From an uncultured Lachnospiraceae bacterium (GTDB lineage Bacteria > Bacillota > Clostridia > Lachnospirales > Lachnospiraceae): a DNA stretch of 64,000 bases. Below are positions 47,106 to 56,834 of this stretch, one piece after another. Location: assembly GCA_946614165.1 (NCBI GenBank), contig CAMOGQ010000003.1, forward strand, positions 8,056-72,055, given 5' to 3'. The position numbers were made by a program, and so were the translations under genes. The notes under the pieces are model-generated. The model was not told the DNA's origin. It was given only the letters and a program-made list of their open reading frames with translations, and did not search any database. Position 1 is the first letter of the stretch; each line of letters opens with the position of its first letter.

Positions 47106-47312
47106 GTGTACGTTGAGAAACCGTTTTTTGCCGGCTGCCTTTACTGGATGGAATATATGCCCGAGAACTTCCCCGGGTCTCTGGCAGCGATATATCCCAT
47201 CGTTTACAACTTCTCCTTCATTCCGGCAGAGGGCATCATTACCATGATCATCATCAACATTCCTGCCGTGAAGACGGCTCTGAGCAGGATCAGGACCGTG
47301 GCGGTGATCTGA
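47106..47312 (+). pseudogene. 3' remnant of an ECF thiamine transporter S component (ThiT-like)
   Basis: FFAGCLYWMEYMPENFP..LAAIYPIVYNFSFIPAEGIITMIIINIPAVKTALSRIR resembles the last helices of ThiT. No N-terminal part, good SD or TPP riboswitch is visible upstream. Confidence 0.55.
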
Positions 47313-47480
47313 TTGGTTCTTCCTGCAGCTGACCTGCCCTTCCCGGAGGGGACATCTGCAGCAGTATTTAGGGGGAGATCACAAAACAGAGTTTTTGAAT
47401 CCCTTTTCCGCCTGCTTCATTCCTGATGCGGAACATGGCGGAAGAGGGATTTTTGTTTTGGAGTAAGTGAAAATGCCGCC

Positions 47481-48362
47481 TCAAACGAGACGGCATTTTC
47501 TGATCTGATTGATCAGTTCACGGGTTTCTGTTTTCAAAATTGTGTTTTTATGGTATCCAATCACAATATAAAATCGGGCAGGCGGATTAAACGAAAAAGC
47601 TCTGTAGTCACCGCCTTGGTGCATAGAAGAAGGCAGGAAGGCAATGCCTCTTCCATTCATAACCATATTGCGGGCGGTTTTAAGATCTTCAATATCGCAG
47701 TAAGATACCGGATGAAAGTGGTATTCACGGAAGATCTGCTCACTGTGATGTGTGATGTAGCTTTCGGGAAGGTTCAGAATGAAAAAATCTTCTGACAGGT
47801 CATCAAAGCAGACTCCTTCCTGCATGAATTTGGCGGCACAGTGATGATTCATAGGTACAGCCAGCTGAAGTTCATCTTCCCAAAGTGGAATATATTCCAG
47901 CATAGCATGGTAAAGATTCTGTGTCGGAAGAACAGCAATGTCAGCCATACCATTCATCAGATATTCTTTGGCAATTTCAGCCGGACCTGAAAGAGTTGAT
48001 ACAAAAATATTCTTATGGGTACTGATATAGTCAGTCAGAACTTTCCTCATCTGTGGAATGAGCGATGGATTGTACATGATTACGATCTGCTTTCGTCTGG
48101 CCACATTGCTTGTTCGGAGATCATCCAATGCTTTTTCATAAAGAGCAAGTGCAGATTCTGCACCGCTTAAATATATTTTTCCGGAATCGGTCAGAACCAG
48201 CTGATTGCCGTTTCTTTCAAATAATTTAACACCAAGTTCCTTTTCTACTTTTCTAATATACTGGCTGATCGTGGATTGGGAGACTAAAAGCTGATCTGCC
48301 GCACGGGACTGGCTGTGTTCTTTGGCCACTGTTATGATGTACTCAATGTTGTCAAAACTCAT
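47481..48362 (-). CDS. LysR-family transcriptional regulator
   Basis: HTH SQSRAADQLLVSQSTISQYIRKVEKELGVKLFER...LTDSG plus effector domain. Confidence 0.9.
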   Translation of the reverse strand: MSFDNIEYIITVAKEHSQSRAADQLLVSQSTISQYIRKVEKELGVKLFERNGNQLVLTDSGKIYLSGAESALALYEKALDDLRTSNVARRKQIVIMYNPSLIPQMRKVLTDYISTHKNIFVSTLSGPAEIAKEYLMNGMADIAVLPTQNLYHAMLEYIPLWEDELQLAVPMNHHCAAKFMQEGVCFDDLSEDFFILNLPESYITHHSEQIFREYHFHPVSYCDIEDLKTARNMVMNGRGIAFLPSSMHQGGDYRAFSFNPPARFYIVIGYHKNTILKTETRELINQIRKCRLV

Positions 48363-49338
48363 TTTTCTGCTTGGATTTTAAATACCTTTCATATATTTTC
48401 AGGGAGTATTCACTGTCAGGAGGGAGGTATAGGGGATTTTTCCTGTCATGTTCCATGGCAAGGCAGGCAAAATATTCTTCTTCCACGCTGAAAGGTATTC
48501 CTTTACGGTGGATGAGGCCCAGATGCATATAAAATGAAGGCTCCAGTTTAAAGCATACTATATCACTGTTTTTTGCTGCGACAGTCCGGGGAAGAAAACC
48601 TATTCCAAAGCCCTCGCTTACCATATTCAGAACAACCTGATTATTGGCAGTCTCATATAGAATCAGAGGGTTAAGATTCAGAGATTTAAGAATACTGTCT
48701 GTGATGGAGCGGACAGTGGTTCCGGGGCTCATCATAATAAAAGGAGAATCCATAAGCTGTTCAATCTGGATAGCAGGCAGCTCATCGTTTCCCTGCCTGG
48801 CCCAGGATGCAGCTCTGTGCAGTTTTGACAAGACTACTACGATTTCTTCTCTGCTGGTCTGAATATAATCGAATTTTCCGTTTTCCGGATCCTTAAAAGT
48901 CCCCAGACCAAAATCGACATCACCGTTTTCAACAGCATGGATCAGGTTCGTAGAGTAAAGTTCATGAATATTGATTCTTACATCTGGATAGTTTTTTGCA
49001 AATCTGGGATAGATTCTGGAAAACAGATAGGCACCGCGAAAAGGCGTGGCGGCAACCCTCAAAGTGATCGACTCCTTGTTTTGCTGTCTTTTGATTTCCA
49101 TATATATCCGATCATGGATTATCATGACCCCCTGTGCCATTTCAATCCATATTTTTCCAGCCTGTGTCGGATACAGTTTCTTCTTTTCTCTGTAAAACAA
49201 ATCAGTACCCAGCTGTTTTTCCAGATTTGACAGAAAAACACTCAATGTAGGCTCTGAAACACCCAGGCTTCCGGCTGCAGATTTCAGAGACTGTTCCCTG
49301 GCGATCGTCGTGATATAAATGAATTCTTTAATATCCAT
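48352..49338 (-). CDS. LysR-family transcriptional regulator
   Basis: HTH SLKSAAGSLGVSEPTLSVFLSNLEKQLGTDLFYR...PTQAG. Overlaps the next LysR gene by 11 nt. Confidence 0.9.
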   Translation of the reverse strand: MDIKEFIYITTIAREQSLKSAAGSLGVSEPTLSVFLSNLEKQLGTDLFYREKKKLYPTQAGKIWIEMAQGVMIIHDRIYMEIKRQQNKESITLRVAATPFRGAYLFSRIYPRFAKNYPDVRINIHELYSTNLIHAVENGDVDFGLGTFKDPENGKFDYIQTSREEIVVVLSKLHRAASWARQGNDELPAIQIEQLMDSPFIMMSPGTTVRSITDSILKSLNLNPLILYETANNQVVLNMVSEGFGIGFLPRTVAAKNSDIVCFKLEPSFYMHLGLIHRKGIPFSVEEEYFACLAMEHDRKNPLYLPPDSEYSLKIYERYLKSKQKNEF

Positions 49339-49431
49339 ATCAGTGTAAATATCAAAGGCAGGCCCATTTTCCTCAGGATGCTGAATTGTCCTATGAAAAT
49401 GAGCCTGTCAGTAAAAAACATCATGAATGTT

Positions 49432-50355
49432 TCAGCGAAGGTGCCTGTTCCAGAAACGGAGCATAAGCTCCTTGGTCGAATCCTGGAAGAATTCGCGGGT
49501 CCCATGTCCGGCATGATGGATCATGTAATAATCGCACCTGTCTTCCAGACCTGCCTTCTGAACTGCTTCATAAAACAGATCGGAGGAAGCAGAAGGGGGA
49601 ACCAGAGGATCGTTATCACCGTGCAGGATCAGGATCGGAGCCATTTTTTCGCTGATATAATTAGAAGGCGTTGCAAGTGCGGCACGCTCGTAGATCGTTG
49701 AGGGATCGCCTCCGATCAGGGCTCCGCCGTGGGTATCCTCAATACGGTGCCAGCGGAATCTGGGATCCGAAAAGCGGGGAATCTCTATATCCATGTTAGC
49801 CTGCAGGTCAACCGGTCCGAACATGTCTATGACAGCCTGAATGTCAGAAGAATAATCTTTCCATTCTTCTGAAATATAATCTGATGTATTCATACCGGCC
49901 ATGACAGAGAGATGGGCGCCGGCGCTTCTGCCGAAAATCCCTATATGATCTGGATCGATATCGTATTTTGCAGCATTGGCTCTGAGAAAGCGTATGGCGG
50001 TTTTCACGTCTGTGATCTGAGCCGGCCATTTTCCCTGTGAGCTGCTTCGATAGTAAATGGAAGCTACCACATATCCGGCTTTTACGAATTCGGGCATTTC
50101 ACCCAGCATAAGATTCTTGTCTGTTCCTCTCCAGCCGCCTCCGGGGACAAAAATCAGAAGCGGCTTAGGGGTATGATCTTCCCTTGGATCATCCTCGCCG
50201 GCCGCCAGCCGCATTTCGGAATTCCCGTTCTGTACCATGATCGACAGCTTCAGATCCAGAGGATTTCCTTCAAGATCCGTAACATGAGAGTAGACGATAT
50301 TGTCAAAAAGGTTGATGGTTTTTTTTTCAAATCCGGGGTCAAAAGTTCCTCTCAT
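49432..50355 (-). CDS. Alpha/beta hydrolase (HSL/BD-FAE-like esterase)
   Basis: VPGGGW oxyanion motif, GRSAGAH nucleophile, LHGDNDPLV and HAGHG. Confidence 0.88.
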   Translation of the reverse strand: MRGTFDPGFEKKTINLFDNIVYSHVTDLEGNPLDLKLSIMVQNGNSEMRLAAGEDDPREDHTPKPLLIFVPGGGWRGTDKNLMLGEMPEFVKAGYVVASIYYRSSSQGKWPAQITDVKTAIRFLRANAAKYDIDPDHIGIFGRSAGAHLSVMAGMNTSDYISEEWKDYSSDIQAVIDMFGPVDLQANMDIEIPRFSDPRFRWHRIEDTHGGALIGGDPSTIYERAALATPSNYISEKMAPILILHGDNDPLVPPSASSDLFYEAVQKAGLEDRCDYYMIHHAGHGTREFFQDSTKELMLRFWNRHLR

Positions 50356-50489
50356 CGATTTACCTCAATATATTTTATGAATATGGTTTATTACATATCT
50401 CCGGAGACAACTCTCAGCCTGATAACCAGTCATGGAAACCTGGGATGAGAGCTGTCTCCGATGCATGAATTGCTGTGTTGTCCGGCAGA

Positions 50490-51770
50490 TCAGGCGTATA
50501 CCGGGAATAAGAGAGTAGTACTGATTATAAGAGATACGAGCTCAAGGATAAAGAGCGGAATCGTAAATTTAAAGGTTTCGGCCACTTCATAATTGCCGTT
50601 GCCGAAGGCGATCATGGAGCCGGCACAGCCTGTAGGCATTACAAAGGCCATCCATGCAGAGCAGGCAGTGACAAGTACGACGGTCTGAACATTAAAGCCG
50701 CCTGCAAGAGCTGTGGATGCAGCAATGGGGATCATGAGAGCCATGGTACCCATGTTTGAAAGGAAGTTTGTCATAACGGCTGTGACAAGTGTGAATACGG
50801 TGATGACAAAGATCGGAGCAGGATGTCCGCCCAGGATCTTAAGCACGGTATTGCCAATCAGCTCTCCTACACCGGTAGCACCGAGAATTGTGGAGATGGA
50901 GGACATGGACGCAATCAGGAATACGATGTCACTGGTAATGGTCTTTGTGACTTCGGGAATGCTGCAGACTCCTGTGATCAGGAATACACATACGCCAAGA
51001 AGCGGGAGAACATTCTGGACATCAGAGGGAATCTTTCCGGAAAGGAAGAAGGAAATCATTATCACAAAGAATACTGCAAAAACAATGATTTCGTGTTTCT
51101 GAGACATCTGAACGGTTTCTTTTACCTCTTTGACATTTTCCTTACTGATCTTATGAGTCGGCAGATTCTTCATGAACAGTATGCAGTATATTATTCCAAC
51201 AAGACCGGGGATCAGTGCGGCTTTTGCATAGTCTGTGATGCCTATAGAATAGTCTGCAGCCACGCCTTCAAAGAATGCGTTGATTGTTCCGGGCATTGTA
51301 GCGCCCATACCGATAGGGATTTTAGAAGTCCAGATGGTATTCAGTACGCAGACTGAAAACAGCATTCTGGAAGGTGTCAGACGGCTGTCTTCATCCAGAG
51401 TCTCACAGAACAGGAGCATAATGGAAAGGCAGGCTACCTGTCCCATAAGCTGGGAAAGCAGGATTGTGGCTCCGAAGAAAGCAAGAATAACAATGATCTC
51501 ACTCTTACCGGACAGTTTTGACATTGCAGCACGGACTCTGTTGATAATGCTTGTTTTGGAAAGCTGTGATGCGACGACGATCATGCTGGCAACCATAACT
51601 GTCGTGCTGCTGGAAAAACCGCTCATTGCTGTTTTCAGATCGGTGACCCTGAAAAGGACCAGCAGGCCGACGCAGAACATTCCGGTAAGCCCGTAGGGCA
51701 GCCTGTGGGCCAGCAGCATGATTACCAGAAAAGCAAGTACGCATAGTGTAATAATAATCTGTGGTGTCAA
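50490..51770 (-). CDS. SLC13/DASS-family (di/tricarboxylate-type) permease
   Basis: About 12 hydrophobic segments with MTNFLSN, MIPIA and AFVMPTG motifs. TTG start after AGGAGG. Confidence 0.8.
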   Translation of the reverse strand: MTPQIIITLCVLAFLVIMLLAHRLPYGLTGMFCVGLLVLFRVTDLKTAMSGFSSSTTVMVASMIVVASQLSKTSIINRVRAAMSKLSGKSEIIVILAFFGATILLSQLMGQVACLSIMLLFCETLDEDSRLTPSRMLFSVCVLNTIWTSKIPIGMGATMPGTINAFFEGVAADYSIGITDYAKAALIPGLVGIIYCILFMKNLPTHKISKENVKEVKETVQMSQKHEIIVFAVFFVIMISFFLSGKIPSDVQNVLPLLGVCVFLITGVCSIPEVTKTITSDIVFLIASMSSISTILGATGVGELIGNTVLKILGGHPAPIFVITVFTLVTAVMTNFLSNMGTMALMIPIAASTALAGGFNVQTVVLVTACSAWMAFVMPTGCAGSMIAFGNGNYEVAETFKFTIPLFILELVSLIISTTLLFPVYA

Positions 51771-52027
51771 GTTTAGCCTCCTTTTTGTGTAGTTGATATG
51801 AAAGGCATCTCCGGTGCCTTTCGGTTTCCTGTTAAGAAGATTTTATAGGGGGCAAAGTCAGAGCTGAATGAGTGCTGACTATATATGTTATAAGCAAAAA
51901 CTACAGTTTTACGTTCATGATCTCACTGACAGTTTCAATTTTTTGTGATTATTCCTCTGATGATATCGATTGCTGCCGGAAATACCTGTGTTATAATGCT
52001 GTCATTACAATGTAATTATGGAAAAGA

Positions 52028-52918
52028 ATGTCAGACCATCAGATGACAGCAGCGTATTGGGACAGTGCAAGGAGGTTAATTATGGCATTTTCAAGCGGTA
52101 AACCGATTCCTCATCCTGTGGAGACCTTGTGCCACAGGCCATGGGAACTGGCAGTGAAACCTTTTCAGGTGTCTCCAAGGACCTGGTATGTGTCGGGACA
52201 GAAATGGGTAGGAGCATATCTGATCGACACAGGGGAAGGCCTGATTCTGATCGATACAGGTATTGCAGAAAGCCTGTATCTGATGCTGGATTCTATATAC
52301 CGTCTGGGCTACCGGATGGAGAATATCAAAAAGATCCTTCTTTCTCATGCCCATCTGGATCATTTTGGCGGTGCGGCGTCCTTGCATGCACTGACAGGCG
52401 CTCCTCTGTATATGTCCAGGGAAGATGCCGAATTCATGAAGAACTGCCCTGCAGAGACGGAACTGCCCCACGATCTGTGGCATGTGCAGCATATTCATGT
52501 GGATCGGTATTATGACGAATTTAATCCTGTCTGCCTGGGCGATATAGCCGTCCGAACCATACTGACACCCGGCCATACTCCTGGATGCACCAGCTTTTTC
52601 TGGGAGGAGAAGAATCCCGAGACAGGAGACATTTATACGGTAGCCATGCACGGAGGCGTTGGTGCTAATACCATGAACGATGACTATTATAAAAAAAGTG
52701 CCTTCCTAACGCCTGATCTCCGTGACCGCTTCATTGCAGATGCAGAGAAGATGAAGGCCATACATGTGGATATAGCTTTGCCAAGCCACCCCAACCAGAT
52801 TGAGATCCTTGACAGGGCAGGCACATATACACATCTGACCCAGCCTTATCTGGACAATTCGGTGTGGCCTGATTTTATAGATGAACGGGTTCGTCAGGTA
52901 AAAGCCCTAATGAAGTAA
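52028..52918 (+). CDS. Metallo-beta-lactamase-fold hydrolase (subclass B3-like), cytoplasmic
   Basis: YLIDTGEGLILIDTG, SHAHLDH, TPGHTPGC and LPSHP; no signal peptide. Confidence 0.85.
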   Translation: MSDHQMTAAYWDSARRLIMAFSSGKPIPHPVETLCHRPWELAVKPFQVSPRTWYVSGQKWVGAYLIDTGEGLILIDTGIAESLYLMLDSIYRLGYRMENIKKILLSHAHLDHFGGAASLHALTGAPLYMSREDAEFMKNCPAETELPHDLWHVQHIHVDRYYDEFNPVCLGDIAVRTILTPGHTPGCTSFFWEEKNPETGDIYTVAMHGGVGANTMNDDYYKKSAFLTPDLRDRFIADAEKMKAIHVDIALPSHPNQIEILDRAGTYTHLTQPYLDNSVWPDFIDERVRQVKALMK

Positions 52919-53280
52919 TTACACTCAGAGCATGTATAGATTTCGAAGTAAGGATGTAAATGCCAAAGATTTTGACAAGGGAAAGATAATCTGCCGGATT
53001 TTCAAGACTGTCTTATGAAGGCCTGCCTTAAATTTGAAGATTTCATCTTCCGGCAGGCATCTGAATCTGTTTTTTCTCCGAAGATTTCTGTCCGGAGGAA
53101 TTGGCTGTTCTGCTATGCTTAATATAAAAAGGTAAAAAAGTCTTTCTGGAAAAAGCCTTTCTTATTTTCTGCGAATTAGGTATGATAGGAAGAGTTTGAG
53201 ATTTGAGATCAGAAAGGTTCTGAAAGCAGCACTCCCGGGCGGTGGTCAAAGGCGCGGGAGTATTTTCAACTGAGGAATAT

Positions 53281-55626
53281 ATGGCAAACAACGAAATCAC
53301 AATTATCTTCGACGATTACCTGCGTTACCGCAGGGACCTGCTCCGTGACAGGCATAAGGAAGCGGTCATGGAAAGCTTCCGGAAGGCCAACCCTTCCGCC
53401 GGCCCCAAGGCGGCAAAACGCTACAAAAAGAAACAGGCCTTTCAGGATGCGGTGGAGGCTTCCCTGAAGGCCGATCCCGAATACCAGGCCCTGGCGGATC
53501 CGGCCCTTATGCCGGAGCTGGAGACCCGGATGCAGGCCTCTCTGGAGGAACTGACGCCCACTCTGCTAAAATACGCGGAAGCCCGTGAAAAAAGAGAGAC
53601 GGAAAAACGGCTGAAGGAGCTGACGGGAAGCGAGTCTCTGGCCGCTTACCTTGAGGACCACAAGGAAGAATACCTGCAGGATATCATTGATACCATCGAA
53701 AAGTATCTGAAGAACCGGAGGCAGATCCTGGACCGGGTCCAGAATACCCACTTCGGCAAAAAGGTATGGCAGGAGGATCTGGACGAGAACAATATAGGTG
53801 AGTTTACCTCCGAATATCTTTTGGACGACGAGGCCGTGGGCTATATTCTGAGCCGCGGCAGGACCATTGACGATTACCTGATCCGGCGGGCGGCCGAATC
53901 TTCCGAAGAGCTTCGGGCCTATGCAAAGAGGGGCAGCCGTCAGTGGCAGTTCATCCGGGAAAGACTGCGTTTCGTCATCAACGATCTGGAACTGAATTTT
54001 GAGATCCTGGAGGATCTGCAGGATTACTTTACGCCGAAAAAGGTGGAAAGCCTTCTGCGGGAGAACAAAAGGTACACGGAGATCTTCCGCCGCATGGACG
54101 AGAGAGCGGAGAGAGAACGCCGCATGAAGGAGAGCATCCTGAGCCAGATGCCGGACTGCTATGCGGACCTCTACCCTGCCGCCAGAGAGATCGAAAGACA
54201 CTTTATTCTCCATATCGGTCCCACCAACTGCGGCAAGACCCATGATTCCATAGAGGCCTTCAAGCAGGCCAGGAAAGGCATCTATCTGGGGCCTCTTCGT
54301 CTTCTGGCCTTCGAGGTCTATGAGAATTCCAACGCGGCCGGGGTCCCCTGCAACCTGATCACCGGAGAAGAGGAGCATATCGTGGAGGGAGCCCTCCACC
54401 AGGCCTCCACCGTGGAAATGATGGATCCGGTGGAAGAGTATGACGTGGCCGTCATCGACGAAGCCCAGATGATGGACGAAGAGGAAAGAGGCGGCAGCTG
54501 GACGGCCGCCGTTATGGGCGTGCTGGCCAGAGAAGTCCATGTATGCGCGGCGCCCTATGCAGAGGAGCTTCTGATCCGCATGATCGAATACTGCGGAGAT
54601 ACCTGGGAGGTGGTCCGCCATGAGCGCATGACGCCTCTGATCGTGGAGAACCGCAAATTCAGCTTTCCCAGAGACGTAAAGGAACACGATGCCCTGATCG
54701 TCTTTTCCAAAAAGAATGTGCTGGCGGTGGCCTCCGAGCTTCAGCAGCAGGGAGTCCGCTGCAGTATCATTTACGGGGCTCTGCCCTACGAAGTCCGCCA
54801 GCAGGAGGTCAGACGCTTCATTTCCGGAGAGACCACCGTGGTGGTGGCCACAGATGCCATCGGCATGGGCATGAATCTGCCGGTCAGACGGATCGTTTTC
54901 CTGGAAATGATGAAGTATGACGGACACAGCAAGAGAGACCTGATGCCTTCCGAGGTCCTGCAGATCGCCGGCAGAGCCGGCCGCTACGGGATCTATGATA
55001 CCGGCTATACCAACGCCGAGTACGGCAAGGCCATCCTCTGGAGGGCTTTCCGCAGCACCATTCCCGCTCTTAAGAAAGCCAGACTGGCCTTTCCGGAATC
55101 CCTGATCGGCCTGGAGGGAAGGCTGTCCGAGATCATGGAACGGTGGAACAGCATCGAAGACAGGGATTTCTTCCAGAAGGCCTATACGGTCCGTGAGATC
55201 GCCCTGTGCCGGGAACTGGAAGAATATACGGATGACAAAGAGCTGATCTACCGCTTTGTTATGATCCCCTTTGATGAAAGAGACAGTACCCTCAAGGAGC
55301 TCTGGGAGCAGATGTTCGCGGCGGAGCTCCAGGGACAGGTGCGGGAATTCCGCCCTGTCTATACTCTCTACGGCAGAAACCCCGATCTGCAGGAGCTGGA
55401 GGAACTTTACAGCATCTGTGACCTGGTCTATTACTACTGCCGTGTCTTCAACCACCCCGCTGAACTGGACGATGTGGGAGAGACCCGCAATAAGATCTGC
55501 AGCAAGATCATGGAGATCCTGAAAAAGCAGTCCCTGCCCGGCCGCCGGTGCAGACGATGCGGCAAGATCCTGCCCTGGAACTATCCCTACGCCGTCTGCG
55601 ACGACTGCTTCGGCAAGGCAAAATAA
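53281..55626 (+). CDS. Suv3-like SF2 helicase with C-terminal zinc finger
   Basis: HIGPTNCGKT, GPLRLLA, STVEM, IDEAQ, VFS, IYGALP, ATDAIGMGMN and QIAGRAGR, then CRRC...CDDC. Start placed at ATG 53281. Confidence 0.9.
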   Translation: MANNEITIIFDDYLRYRRDLLRDRHKEAVMESFRKANPSAGPKAAKRYKKKQAFQDAVEASLKADPEYQALADPALMPELETRMQASLEELTPTLLKYAEAREKRETEKRLKELTGSESLAAYLEDHKEEYLQDIIDTIEKYLKNRRQILDRVQNTHFGKKVWQEDLDENNIGEFTSEYLLDDEAVGYILSRGRTIDDYLIRRAAESSEELRAYAKRGSRQWQFIRERLRFVINDLELNFEILEDLQDYFTPKKVESLLRENKRYTEIFRRMDERAERERRMKESILSQMPDCYADLYPAAREIERHFILHIGPTNCGKTHDSIEAFKQARKGIYLGPLRLLAFEVYENSNAAGVPCNLITGEEEHIVEGALHQASTVEMMDPVEEYDVAVIDEAQMMDEEERGGSWTAAVMGVLAREVHVCAAPYAEELLIRMIEYCGDTWEVVRHERMTPLIVENRKFSFPRDVKEHDALIVFSKKNVLAVASELQQQGVRCSIIYGALPYEVRQQEVRRFISGETTVVVATDAIGMGMNLPVRRIVFLEMMKYDGHSKRDLMPSEVLQIAGRAGRYGIYDTGYTNAEYGKAILWRAFRSTIPALKKARLAFPESLIGLEGRLSEIMERWNSIEDRDFFQKAYTVREIALCRELEEYTDDKELIYRFVMIPFDERDSTLKELWEQMFAAELQGQVREFRPVYTLYGRNPDLQELEELYSICDLVYYYCRVFNHPAELDDVGETRNKICSKIMEILKKQSLPGRRCRRCGKILPWNYPYAVCDDCFGKAK

Positions 55627-55677
55627 AAGCAGAGGGCCCGTAAAAGTCTGGCCCCTGCCATACTGTAAATCAGAAAG

Positions 55678-55718
55678 AAGACCGGGAGGATCCCATAAAC
55701 GGGATCCTCCCGGTTTTT
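55678..55718. terminator. Intrinsic terminator between the helicase and the convergent AraC gene
   Basis: ACCGGGAGGATCCC-ATAAAC-GGGATCCTCCCGGT followed by a T-run. Confidence 0.85.
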
Positions 55719-56629
55719 CAGCTTCTGTACTGTCTGCGGAAGGCGCCGGGCGTGCAGCCGTAGGTCTTCCTGAAAATGTTAATGAAGTGTGTGGTATTCT
55801 CGAAGCCCACTGCGCTGCCGATCTCATTTACCTTCATATCGGTGGTCACCAGCAGCTCCCTGGCCTTTCGGACTCGGTGCAGGTTGAGGTCCTGCAGGGG
55901 AGAAATGCCGAAGGCGGCACTGTATTCCCTGCAGAGCCTGTAACGGCTGATCCCGTAAAGCTCTTCGCACATGCCCAGAGAATAGGGACGGGTAAAGAAA
56001 TTGCAGGTCATGGAATGCATTTCCTTCAGATAAAAGGGGAGAGGACGGCTGTCCTGGATGTTCCTGCGGAAACGTTCCTTGCACAGGCCGATATAAAGAG
56101 ACGTCAGGCTGCTGTGGACATCCAGCATTTCTGTAAGAGAAATGCTTTCCGGAAGAGAACGGAGGGAATTGACGCCATAGCGGAAGAAGGGAAGGTCCTT
56201 CCAGGTAAAGGAAAGGGTCTCGCCCACGGGAAACAGGACTTCAAAGGTGGACAGATCCCTGCCGGCCACCATGTAGATTTCGAAGCGGAGGGGGAGACCT
56301 GTGGAAATCAGACTGAAGGGACGGTTGCAGTCGACGAGGAGCGCTGTCCCTGCGGAAACATTTAAGGAGGCGAGATTTGTGATCTGCAGGCTGCCCTCGT
56401 GCAGGATCAGCAGCAGATGGGCGTCCATGGAAGCGTATTCGGCCCGGAAAGGGGACCGGATCTCAGATGCGCCCCCGCTCATCAGATGGAGAAAATCCAT
56501 GGGGCGGAAGGGAGAGAGCATGTCTTCGTTATAGGAATGGGGGTTGACCAGCAGAGCGAAAGAAGCATTTCCTTCGGCGGGGGTGCCCTCAACGCGCACG
56601 GAATGGGCGAGCAGTGTCTTATAATCCAT
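55718..56629 (-). CDS. AraC-family transcriptional regulator
   Basis: C-terminal ARELLVTTDMKVNEIGSAVGFENTTHFINIFRKTYGCTPGAFR. Start placed at ATG 56629 after AGGAG. Confidence 0.85.
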   Translation of the reverse strand: MDYKTLLAHSVRVEGTPAEGNASFALLVNPHSYNEDMLSPFRPMDFLHLMSGGASEIRSPFRAEYASMDAHLLLILHEGSLQITNLASLNVSAGTALLVDCNRPFSLISTGLPLRFEIYMVAGRDLSTFEVLFPVGETLSFTWKDLPFFRYGVNSLRSLPESISLTEMLDVHSSLTSLYIGLCKERFRRNIQDSRPLPFYLKEMHSMTCNFFTRPYSLGMCEELYGISRYRLCREYSAAFGISPLQDLNLHRVRKARELLVTTDMKVNEIGSAVGFENTTHFINIFRKTYGCTPGAFRRQYRS

Positions 56630-56834
56630 AGACGAAAAACTCCTGACTGACCTTGTAAGAGAAGCCGCCCGGAGGCTTCCGGCGGCGGGGGATTTCCTGT
56701 TTTGTAAATTATAACATTTTTCCGGGGAAAAATAACAGGGGAAGGCGCCCCGTGCCGGCATCTGCTGCCCGTTTACAAAAAAGATGCCGGGAGAAGCGAT
56801 TCTCCCGGCATCTTTGATGCAGCTTAAGTCTGTT

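Noticed and set aside
47460-53040. Calling the AT-richer islet a mobile element
   Set aside because: No integrase, transposase, terminal repeats or target-site duplication were found, so it is reported only as a compositional islet.
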